IMG/VR virus record: IMGVR_UViG_3300035182_001904
Direction: 5' to 3' (one strand)
DNA from: a virus
Length of the DNA: 64,000 nucleotides
Shown: in pieces, positions 1-7,432 of the stretch
Layout: the number at the start of each line of letters is the position of its first letter
How positions within the stretch are numbered: the first letter of the stretch is position 1
Translations under genes and position numbers: made by a program
Notes under the pieces: generated by a model
Told to the model about the DNA's origin: nothing
The model's input: only the letters and a program-made list of their open reading frames with translations
The model's database searches: none

Positions 1-6
1 TGCCCG

Positions 7-327
7 ATGCTCAGGTCAAACGACGTACTTCGTGAACGCTGGTCCGAACGGGCAGCAGTAGCGATCGACGACTCGAGCAGTTACTTACGTGACATCGTGC
101 GAGACATCCTCGCCAACCCACAGATTCGCGCCATCGTGTTCGATGGACCCGCATGTGGGCGTGAGGGTTATGACAAGTTCTGGCGTGGGACAGAAGACCC
201 AGGCTGGCGCATCGACAAGGAACACCTCGACCTGATACGCCAGTTCGTAGACCTGTTTGACGACGACTTTGGATGGCGTGTGCCGCCACAGCCGTTCTGG
301 CCTGTGCGGGTCATGTACCTAGAATGA
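7..327 (+). CDS. hypothetical protein (possibly 5'-truncated by window edge)
   Basis: Frame is open from base 1, codons are GC3-biased, and the stop overlaps the next start (ATGA at 324-327). Confidence 0.5.
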   Translation: MLRSNDVLRERWSERAAVAIDDSSSYLRDIVRDILANPQIRAIVFDGPACGREGYDKFWRGTEDPGWRIDKEHLDLIRQFVDLFDDDFGWRVPPQPFWPVRVMYLE

Positions 328-980
328 AGTCCTTCACCATCTACGGGCTTGCGCATCCGCTTACAAAGCGCATTCGTTATATTGGAAAGACGACATCCGT
401 ACCATCACGCCGAAACAATCACTTGTACAAGGCCCGATCGGGACGCAACAAGACGCGCGTTGGTGATTGGATACGCGGTCTTCTGGTTAGAGGGCTTCAG
501 CCGGTGGTGATAGTTTTGTGCGTTGGTACCATTGATTGGCAGAAAATGGAGAGAGCTTGGATCAAACGGCTTCGGCGACGTGGTTGTCGTTTGCTGAATT
601 CGAGCGACGGTGGAAACGGTGCACATACACGGACAACCCTCCCTGCGAAATTAGTTCGATTACTCGGCCAAATATCCGACGCGCGCATTGCTGAACAATG
701 CAGTCTGACACGTGAGGCTATTCGGTATCACCGCGTACGTCTTGGCATACGTGCATCTTATGACCCGTCACGTAAAGGGCGCCCGTTAGGCGGTGTGCCT
801 TGGAACAAGACGTCCATTTCAGCAAAGGAATTACGTCGGCTGGGGATACAAAGCGACTATTCGCTCGCGAAGGAATGGGGCCTTACTAAAGTAGCTGTAC
901 GTGCCCGGCGCGTACGTCTAAACATCCCGGCGTGTCCTAATCGCCGGTTACATCGGAACAAGGAGACTGTATGCGTCTGA
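324..980 (+). CDS. GIY-YIG homing endonuclease with two C-terminal HTH-like repeats
   Basis: N-terminal TIYGL...RYIGKT motif, followed by repeated modules LGQISDARIAEQCSLTREAIRYHRVRLGI and LGIQSDYSLAKEWGLTKVAVRARRVRLNI. More AT-rich than neighbours. Start taken at ATG 324. Confidence 0.85.
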   Translation: MKSFTIYGLAHPLTKRIRYIGKTTSVPSRRNNHLYKARSGRNKTRVGDWIRGLLVRGLQPVVIVLCVGTIDWQKMERAWIKRLRRRGCRLLNSSDGGNGAHTRTTLPAKLVRLLGQISDARIAEQCSLTREAIRYHRVRLGIRASYDPSRKGRPLGGVPWNKTSISAKELRRLGIQSDYSLAKEWGLTKVAVRARRVRLNIPACPNRRLHRNKETVCV

Positions 981-1651
981 TTGGTTTATGCGGCAAAGCA
1001 CACTCGGGTAAGGACACCGTCGGACAGATGCTCGTCGAGCACAACTCGAAGGGAGCGACGTTCGCATTCGCCGACAAGCTCAAGGAGGTCTGCATGGACC
1101 TCTTCGGACTCACCCACGACGACTGCTACACCGAGGAGGGTAAGGCGAAGGTGACCGACCTGCCGCTCTTCAAGTGTCCCGCGTGCGGCTCGATCAACTG
1201 CATGCTCGTCGCAACGTCACAGGTCCTCTGCAACGGCTGCACGGCGGTGGGTGCGCCAGCCGCGTTCGCGTCGTTCTGGACGAACCGCATGATCCTGCAG
1301 TTCATCGGCACCGAAGGCGTTCGCCGCGTCGACAAGGACGCGTGGGTGAAGCACGCGATCAAGCGTGCGAGCGCGATGCTCGATGGCCAGAAGCTCTTCA
1401 TCGCCATCACCGACTGCCGATTCAAGTCCGAGATGGTGGCGATCAAGAAAGCCGGAGGCGAGATCTGGCGCATCCGCCGTCCCTCGACCGACAACAGTAC
1501 ACAAGGCTTCGCAGGACACGCATCCGAGACGGAGATGGATGCCATCCCGGACAGCGAGTTCAGCTACGTCATCAACAACAACGCGTCGCTCGAGGTGCTG
1601 CGTGCCAAGGCCGTCGAGGGCCTCGGCGAGTTCCTCCGCGCGCGTGCCTAG
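971..1651 (+). CDS. deoxynucleoside monophosphate kinase
   Basis: P-loop GKAHSGKDT, then FAFADKLKE, RMILQFIGTEGVR, ITDCRFKSE and HASETEMD, as in phage dNMP kinases. Confidence 0.9.
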   Translation: MRLIGLCGKAHSGKDTVGQMLVEHNSKGATFAFADKLKEVCMDLFGLTHDDCYTEEGKAKVTDLPLFKCPACGSINCMLVATSQVLCNGCTAVGAPAAFASFWTNRMILQFIGTEGVRRVDKDAWVKHAIKRASAMLDGQKLFIAITDCRFKSEMVAIKKAGGEIWRIRRPSTDNSTQGFAGHASETEMDAIPDSEFSYVINNNASLEVLRAKAVEGLGEFLRARA

Positions 1652-1899
1652 GCTTCGGCAGCAGCGCCGTCGCCGTCGCACAGGCGCAGGATGTTGACCT
1701 GATGCTTGTAGCGGTCGGCAGCGGCCTGCATCGCCTTGCTGCGTGCGAGGCGCCCGTCGCTGTAGCCCTGGTCGTACGCTGCCGCGATCTTCAGGTCGTG
1801 GTGGCTGGTGATCAGCCCATCCATCGCACGCATCGCAGCGCCGGCGCTCCAGCCCTTCTGGTAGGCCAAGTACTGGTTCGCCGCGTCAGCGGTTGGCAT
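1648..1899 (-). CDS. hypothetical protein
   Basis: ORF track; coding-like codon bias; overlaps the upstream - strand gene. Confidence 0.6.
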   Translation of the reverse strand: MPTADAANQYLAYQKGWSAGAAMRAMDGLITSHHDLKIAAAYDQGYSDGRLARSKAMQAAADRYKHQVNILRLCDGDGAAAEA

Positions 1900-2191
1900 C
1901 GTAGTACTTCCTCGCCTCGGCAGCGATGCGGTCGAACATGGCCTTGCCGCCGTACTTCTCGGGGAGGCTCTCGCGGTAGTTGATGGTCACGAGCGCGAGT
2001 GCGAACACGCACTGTTCGGGCGTGAACCCTCGGTCGCCCCACAGCTCGCCCAGGTAGCGGATGATCTCTTCCGCGTTGCCCGCTGCCTCGAGCGAATGCT
2101 CGTTCATCGCGCCCGCTGCGATCGTCTGCCGGGCCTTCTCGACGTTCGCAGGCGACTTCGAGACGTTCCGGGCGAATTCTTCTTCACTCAT
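1886..2191 (-). CDS. hypothetical protein (MSEEEFARN...)
   Basis: True start is probably ATG 2191 (ATGA overlap with stop of 2188..2439); the track ORF is over-extended. Confidence 0.65.
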   Translation of the reverse strand: MSEEEFARNVSKSPANVEKARQTIAAGAMNEHSLEAAGNAEEIIRYLGELWGDRGFTPEQCVFALALVTINYRESLPEKYGGKAMFDRIAAEARKYYDANR

Positions 2192-2439
2192 CGCTTCACC
2201 TTGGTCGCGGGCTTGGCCCGGAACTGCAAGCAGCCCCGCACGATCTCTGAACCGACGACGATGGCCGGCTTGGCCAGCTCGCCGGGCTCTGCGCGCGCCA
2301 CGCCAGGCGGGAAGATCTGACCCTTCTGTTCGGCGGCCGGATAGACCGACTGCACGGCGCAACGACCGTGACGGCCTTCTTTGGCACCGCGGATGATGGG
2401 GTCGTAGTTCTGACAGTCTTTGCAGGGTTTGTCGGCCAC
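2188..2439 (-). CDS. small Cys-containing hypothetical protein
   Basis: CKDC...RC motif; translationally coupled to the next gene. Confidence 0.6.
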   Translation of the reverse strand: MADKPCKDCQNYDPIIRGAKEGRHGRCAVQSVYPAAEQKGQIFPPGVARAEPGELAKPAIVVGSEIVRGCLQFRAKPATKVKR

Positions 2440-2448
2440 AGAAGTCTC

Positions 2449-2952
2449 CTAGCTGGCGGTCATCATGACCGTGATGCCATAGCGGTGCAAGGTTGGTGCT
2501 GCGTAGGGAGAGCGGAGGATGCGTGCAAGCACCAACACGCCCTGGTCGAGCGGTTTCTGTACGAACCAGAAACAGGATGTCGCGTTCTTGAGCGTCGAGG
2601 CCACTTCGTCTTCCGTCGGAACGTTGAACATGCGGTCCTTGCAACGAACGCCGATTCCTGTCGCAGTCAACATGGTGCTGACATCGCGTACAGAGAACAG
2701 GTCCGCAGTACAGTCCGCCAAAGCATCGAGTGCATCACTCGCCGTCTGTACACGCGTTGACGTTACGTCGAAGCACACGTGCGTGAACCGCAGTACCTGC
2801 TTGTTGGGGATGGCGAGGTCTGCGTCTCGGTCGACCTCATCTAGGTTGATCCGCTTGCGTGTTGATGACGGGGGTGTCAGGCGTGGTGCGGGCCTTAGGG
2901 GTTCGACTGTGCGCCACGGATCTACGATCCCCTTCGGCTTCTTGTCGCTCAC
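2449..2952 (-). CDS. hypothetical protein
   Basis: GTG start at 2952 overlaps the stop of the upstream gene (GTGA). Confidence 0.55.
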   Translation of the reverse strand: MSDKKPKGIVDPWRTVEPLRPAPRLTPPSSTRKRINLDEVDRDADLAIPNKQVLRFTHVCFDVTSTRVQTASDALDALADCTADLFSVRDVSTMLTATGIGVRCKDRMFNVPTEDEVASTLKNATSCFWFVQKPLDQGVLVLARILRSPYAAPTLHRYGITVMMTAS

Positions 2953-3176
2953 GCCACCACCAGAACACGTCCATCCAAACACGGGTCCACACACGACGCG
3001 TGAACGAACTCGAACTCGCCCGACATGTGGATCCCCATCTCCTGCGTCTGAGGATCCCGCGCGTTGGGGTTGAAGATGATGTGTGCCGGCAGGACGCGAT
3101 CGCCAGCTTTGAACTTCTTGCGGCAACGCGCACACGTCGTGTGGGGAACCCGCTGCTTGAGGATGTCGAAGTCCAT
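2949..3176 (-). CDS. small putative Zn-finger protein
   Basis: CARC...HASC motif; coupled overlaps on both sides. Confidence 0.6.
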   Translation of the reverse strand: MDFDILKQRVPHTTCARCRKKFKAGDRVLPAHIIFNPNARDPQTQEMGIHMSGEFEFVHASCVDPCLDGRVLVVA

Positions 3177-3844
3177 CAGTCCTCGATCCCTTCAGAACGA
3201 GGCATCACCGCACGCACGGGACGGTAGGATTTGCGATGTGCGACGGTCGGGCCGCGCTTGACCAAGAGCGCCTTGTGCTCGCGTGTTGGGTACCCGCGGC
3301 TCTTGTCGAAACCCCAGTTGGGGTACTCCTTGTGTAGCTCGTCGATCCGCTTGTCATGCGTTGCCTTCGCGACGATCGATGCCGCGCCGATGTGCCAGTC
3401 GAGCTTGTCGCCGTTGGGGATGCACTTGACCTGACATGGGAGGTCAGGGCGTTCGAGGTCCCCGTCGATCAAGACCAGAAAGTCATCTGGCTCGAGCGAA
3501 GGGTCGAGCGTCTTCAGGCGCTCGAGACACCGCGAGGCCGCCAGCTTGATCGCCTCGGGGAAGACGGACCCCAAGAGCCGCGCGTCGATCTCGGCGGACG
3601 TCTTCTCGATGATGGTCACGGCGGAACAGGTCGCCTGCACCGCAATCGAGAGTGCCGCCCGGTGTGCGGGGTTCTTGATGCCCTTCGAGTCTCCTGCCAC
3701 CAAGGTCTTGTCGTCGTACACACCCTTCCACATCGATGTGACACGTTCGGCGTCGACAGGGAATGCCACTGCGACGACGACCAACGGTCCGATCAGAGCG
3801 CCGCACCCGGATTCATCCACACCCACCACGTACTTGTGCGTCAT
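3176..3844 (-). CDS. rnhB: ribonuclease HII
   Basis: GVDESGCGALIGPLVV, DSK, LIDG, IGAASIVAKATHD, KSRGYPT and HRKSY motifs. Start at ATG 3844. Confidence 0.92.
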   Translation of the reverse strand: MTHKYVVGVDESGCGALIGPLVVVAVAFPVDAERVTSMWKGVYDDKTLVAGDSKGIKNPAHRAALSIAVQATCSAVTIIEKTSAEIDARLLGSVFPEAIKLAASRCLERLKTLDPSLEPDDFLVLIDGDLERPDLPCQVKCIPNGDKLDWHIGAASIVAKATHDKRIDELHKEYPNWGFDKSRGYPTREHKALLVKRGPTVAHRKSYRPVRAVMPRSEGIED

Positions 3845-3990
3845 GCGACCGCCTTGATGCGAGGCTGTTTCTTGTTGAGAGATACGCGCCGCCCACACGA
3901 AGTACAACTCGCCGATTTGCCCTTCCCAGTCACGCGCCACCCACAAGGGCACACGACGACCTTTGTGCCTTTGGGGCGGCCCGCCTTCAT
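3841..3990 (-). CDS. 49-aa Zn-ribbon protein (below track cut-off)
   Basis: Hand translation MKAGRPKGTKVVVCPCGWRVTGKGKSASCTSCGRRVSLNKKQPRIKAVA; ATGA overlaps at both ends. Confidence 0.65.
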   Translation of the reverse strand: MKAGRPKGTKVVVCPCGWRVTGKGKSASCTSCGRRVSLNKKQPRIKAVA

Positions 3991-4193
3991 GCGCCGATGG
4001 TCCAGCTGGTCTTGAGGAACTTGGCCAGCTTGTGCAGGTGGCGCCAGTTCAGAAGGCTCCGCCCTTGTTCGATGGCGGTGTACTGCGCGCGACTGAGCTG
4101 GATACCCGCGGCGACCTCCGCCTGCGTCAAGTTCTTTGACAGGCGTTTGTCTTTGAGTTCCTTCAGCAGCGATACGTAAGGGTCACGACTCAT
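3987..4193 (-). CDS. XRE-family helix-turn-helix regulator
   Basis: LKDKRLSKNLTQAEVAAGIQLSRAQYTAIEQG is a canonical HTH_3 pattern. Confidence 0.9.
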   Translation of the reverse strand: MSRDPYVSLLKELKDKRLSKNLTQAEVAAGIQLSRAQYTAIEQGRSLLNWRHLHKLAKFLKTSWTIGA

Positions 4194-4202
4194 GGCGACG
4201 GA

Positions 4203-4231
4203 ATGATAGGTCTTATGGGTTTATTACGCAA
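4203..4231 (-). promoter_or_regulatory. sigma70-like promoter TTGCGT-N17-TATCAT
   Basis: AT-rich intergenic sequence with 17-nt spacing, just upstream of the XRE gene. Confidence 0.55.
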
Positions 4232-4233
4232 AC

Positions 4234-6357
4234 TCACGCGGCGGGCGTGCGCCGGAAGTGCGCGACGAACCGCGGGATGAAGCGCTCGCATACTTTCATG
4301 TCCGACGTGATCGCAGCGTTCGACCACGGCAATGCACGTCGAACAGCGCCTCCGTAGGTCTTGTCCCAGATGCGGCTGTCGAGAATGGCGACGCATCCGC
4401 GGTCGTCTTTGCTACGAATCAGGCGCCCCACGCCTTGGCGCAAGTCGATCAACATGTCGACCATCTGGACGTCACGGAAGGCGTCCTTGCCTGCCAGACG
4501 TTCTCGCGCCTTGATGATGGGGTCGTTGAACTGCGGGAACGGGAGCTTCGCCATGATGACGAGTCGCAACGCGCCGCCAGGCACATCCACGCCTTCCCAG
4601 AAGGACTTCGAACCCACCAGGATCGAATCGGGTGTCGCCTTGAACAACTTGAGCGCAGCGTTCGGATCGCCGTCCCACGGGTTCTTGCGATGCCCCTGCA
4701 CGAACGTCCGTCCGGGGAAGCGTTGCTTGAGCGCGACAGCGAACGCATCGAGTTCATCGTTCGCGGTGGTCAAGATGAACGCGCCACCGTCGGACAGCTC
4801 GACGAGCTTGACTGCCATGTCGACACGGCGCTGCATGACGACGGCGTAGTCAGGGTTGTTCCGTCCGATCGCAGGCAGCTCGCGAGGCACGAACACGAAG
4901 CCCTGCGCGTCGTAGTTGAACGACGTCGGGAGCACCTCCGCCTTTGCCGGCGACAAGCCTGTCATGCTGGTCACGTGGTCGAAGGCGTCGTTGACCGCCA
5001 GCGTCGCGCTGCAGACCACGATCGTCTTGATGGCGCTGAAGTACTTGCCCGCAATACCGCCCACGCTCACCGGCGCACAGTTGATGCCGAATCGACCACG
5101 GTCATCCTGCGTCGCGTAGATCGCGGTGTTCGCGAGGATGCGTTCCCGGCGCATCGCCTGCTCTTCGGGATTGGTGACCTCGAGGTCTGGGTCGACGACA
5201 CCTTGGGCCGTCTGTAGGCCGCGTAGCAACGAATCGACACGCCGCGTGGCTTGCGCGAGGAACGCGAGGTCGCGGGCGTTGCCTTCTTCCTTTCGCACCG
5301 CCTCGTGTGCCAGGTCGACTTCGATGCCGCGCATCTCTTCGTCGAACTCCGACAGCCCATCGTCGATCGGCGCGTACTCGCGCGGTTCTTCGGACTCGTC
5401 TTCCTTGGAGAACACCTCGGTGGACTTGGCCAGCTCGACCGCCAAGGCGCGCAGCCCGTCGATGGCGGCGAGCGCGAGCACGGGTTGGAAGACCGGGATC
5501 TCCTTGGCGTTGGCCTCTTGGTAGTGCCGGTTGGGCACCGCCTCGAACATCGCCTTCCAAGGCTCGAGCAGCTTGCCGATCGAAGGGAACGTGCTGCTCG
5601 TACGCTTGAGCAAGTCGTTCAGCGCGGTGATCGAATCTTCGCTCACCCGGTGCGTGAACGCCGAGCGGATCCCTGCCGCGAGCGTGTGCGCCTCGTCGAT
5701 GATGAGGACGTCGTACGGCCCGCCCACCAGCTTGCCGTGACCGAAGTACATCTCGGCCCCCAACACGTGGTGGTTGATCACGATGAGCTTGGACTGGGAG
5801 ACGTCCCGCTTGAGACGGACGTAGCCGCAGTTGTCGAAGTAGTCGCAGCGCTTGCCAACACAGTCTTCGGCGGACGCAGAGCCCCACCATCGCGGGGGCA
5901 TTCCAGGGTACTCGGCCCGATCGCCGTAGAGGTTACGCCGGAGGAAGTCCATGTACGGCGCGCCGTCGTCGGGGTTCTTGGCGAGGATCGTCATCGCGGA
6001 CAACTCGCAGGCGTAGTTGCCCTTCCCCTTCAAGGGGATCGCGGTCGCGGAGGGCTGGTTCAGCACACGCTTCAACGTCGGGAAGTCTTTGCCGACGATC
6101 TGGTCCTGAAGCCCTTTTTTGGCCGTTGCCACCACGACCCGACGCCCCGCAGCCAGAAGCGCCGGCAGGAGGTACGCATAGGTCTTGCCGGTGGCCACCG
6201 GGGCCTCGCAGAAGTAGGCTCCCCCGTCTCGAAGAACCTCCTCGATGGAGTTCGCCATGATGATCTGGGGAGGCCGCGCTTCACGCACCAAGCCGTGCGC
6301 GGGATCGGTCAAGTAGTCGGTTACCGTGCGCATGCTGGGTGAGTCTGCCTTGCTCAT
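4234..6357 (-). CDS. DinG/YoaA-family Fe-S DNA helicase
   Basis: EAPVATGKT, Fe-S cysteines (C...CVGKRCDYFDNC), DEAH, SATL, FWEGVDVPG and QGVGRLIRSKDDRG. Start taken at ATG 6357. Confidence 0.92.
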   Translation of the reverse strand: MSKADSPSMRTVTDYLTDPAHGLVREARPPQIIMANSIEEVLRDGGAYFCEAPVATGKTYAYLLPALLAAGRRVVVATAKKGLQDQIVGKDFPTLKRVLNQPSATAIPLKGKGNYACELSAMTILAKNPDDGAPYMDFLRRNLYGDRAEYPGMPPRWWGSASAEDCVGKRCDYFDNCGYVRLKRDVSQSKLIVINHHVLGAEMYFGHGKLVGGPYDVLIIDEAHTLAAGIRSAFTHRVSEDSITALNDLLKRTSSTFPSIGKLLEPWKAMFEAVPNRHYQEANAKEIPVFQPVLALAAIDGLRALAVELAKSTEVFSKEDESEEPREYAPIDDGLSEFDEEMRGIEVDLAHEAVRKEEGNARDLAFLAQATRRVDSLLRGLQTAQGVVDPDLEVTNPEEQAMRRERILANTAIYATQDDRGRFGINCAPVSVGGIAGKYFSAIKTIVVCSATLAVNDAFDHVTSMTGLSPAKAEVLPTSFNYDAQGFVFVPRELPAIGRNNPDYAVVMQRRVDMAVKLVELSDGGAFILTTANDELDAFAVALKQRFPGRTFVQGHRKNPWDGDPNAALKLFKATPDSILVGSKSFWEGVDVPGGALRLVIMAKLPFPQFNDPIIKARERLAGKDAFRDVQMVDMLIDLRQGVGRLIRSKDDRGCVAILDSRIWDKTYGGAVRRALPWSNAAITSDMKVCERFIPRFVAHFRRTPAA

Positions 6358-6415
6358 GGGATAAACATCAAGACGATAGGTTGCTTTCCTAGTCCGTTCC
6401 TTGTACCAAGATTCC

Positions 6416-7018
6416 ATGCCAACTACGGATGACGCTCGCATCGGTGACTTCTCGCGCCCCGTGGTCGATCTGCCCAAGGCAGGCACCTCTCCGACCAAGG
6501 ACGCGCTCGACCACGCCGAGCAAAAGCTCGAGGAGGCCGTCCAGCAAGACGAGGCGACCCTCAAGCCGATGGTCTCCTACGAAGAGCGTCTCAAGGAGAT
6601 CGGCGTCACCAAGGTCAAGGCTGCCGAGATCATCGACGCCGTCCTTCTCAAGGGCTACTACGCTGAGGACGTCGCGATCACGAAGTCCATCAAGGCCCGC
6701 TTTCGCACGCGCAACTCGCGCGACACGAAGCGCGCCCAAGAGCAGATCGAAGCCCAGCGCCTGACGTACGAGGTGCACTACAGCGAGCTGCTGGCACGCT
6801 TGCTGTTGGCGGCGTCGCTCGAGCGCTTCGCCGACGACGCGTTCACTCACCTGCCCCGGGGCAGCAAGCACGACGCCATCGAAAAGTCCTTCTTCGACCG
6901 CTTGAGCTACGTCGAGAACCTGTCGGATCCGGCGATGCGGCTGCTCATCACCAAGCTCACCAAGTTCGACCGTATGATCAGCACCGTCCTCGAGGAGGGC
7001 GCCATCGAAAATTTCTAG
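6416..7018 (+). CDS. tail assembly chaperone (lambda G-like, by position)
   Basis: Two genes upstream of the tape measure; ends in slippery heptamer A AAT TTC immediately before TAG. Confidence 0.65.
   Translation: MPTTDDARIGDFSRPVVDLPKAGTSPTKDALDHAEQKLEEAVQQDEATLKPMVSYEERLKEIGVTKVKAAEIIDAVLLKGYYAEDVAITKSIKARFRTRNSRDTKRAQEQIEAQRLTYEVHYSELLARLLLAASLERFADDAFTHLPRGSKHDAIEKSFFDRLSYVENLSDPAMRLLITKLTKFDRMISTVLEEGAIENF
7009..7015 (+). promoter_or_regulatory. -1 programmed ribosomal frameshift slippery site (A AAT TTC)
   Basis: X XXY YYZ heptamer in correct phase; the -1 frame is open into 7045..7404. Confidence 0.7.
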
Positions 7019-7044
7019 GTCGCCCGGGAGGCAACGCACGCGCG

Positions 7045-7404
7045 GTGTTGTTCTCGCGCGGCATGCATCTGGCGCCCTACGGTTCTATTGAGGATCGCGT
7101 GATGCGCGAGATGGTCTTCCGGGAGCGCCAGGAGCGCGTGTCTCATGTCGATGCGATCGCCAAAATGATCGCGCGCGTGTTCAATGTGGATGCTGGAAAA
7201 GCGTTCGGCGGGATCGTTGCGGAGTACGCAGCCGAGGTCTTCCAAGAGACGTACGACCCCGAAGTCCTCAAGCGAAAGGTCGCGCGGCGCCGTGCTGCCC
7301 AAGCAGAGATCGTCGCGAAGCGTGAGCATGACGAGCGGCTGATCGAGCGGCTGAACCGGATGGGTGAGTTCTACGATCGCCAAAACCCGAAGAATGCCAA
7401 GTAA
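7045..7404 (+). CDS. frameshift extension of tail assembly chaperone (T-like)
   Basis: Lies in the -1 frame of the preceding gene, has only a GTG start, and sits directly before the tape measure gene. Confidence 0.6.
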   Translation: MLFSRGMHLAPYGSIEDRVMREMVFRERQERVSHVDAIAKMIARVFNVDAGKAFGGIVAEYAAEVFQETYDPEVLKRKVARRRAAQAEIVAKREHDERLIERLNRMGEFYDRQNPKNAK

Positions 7405-7432
7405 CTGCTGGAATACGCTACAATAACCCCAA

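Noticed and set aside
6358-6564. Upstream extensions of track ORFs (DinG to 6564, RNase HII to 3952, RuvC to 32625, sigma from 50754, hub from 12579)
   Set aside because: They overlap other genes or precede the conserved N-terminal motifs; shorter starts with coupling or Shine-Dalgarno support fit better.
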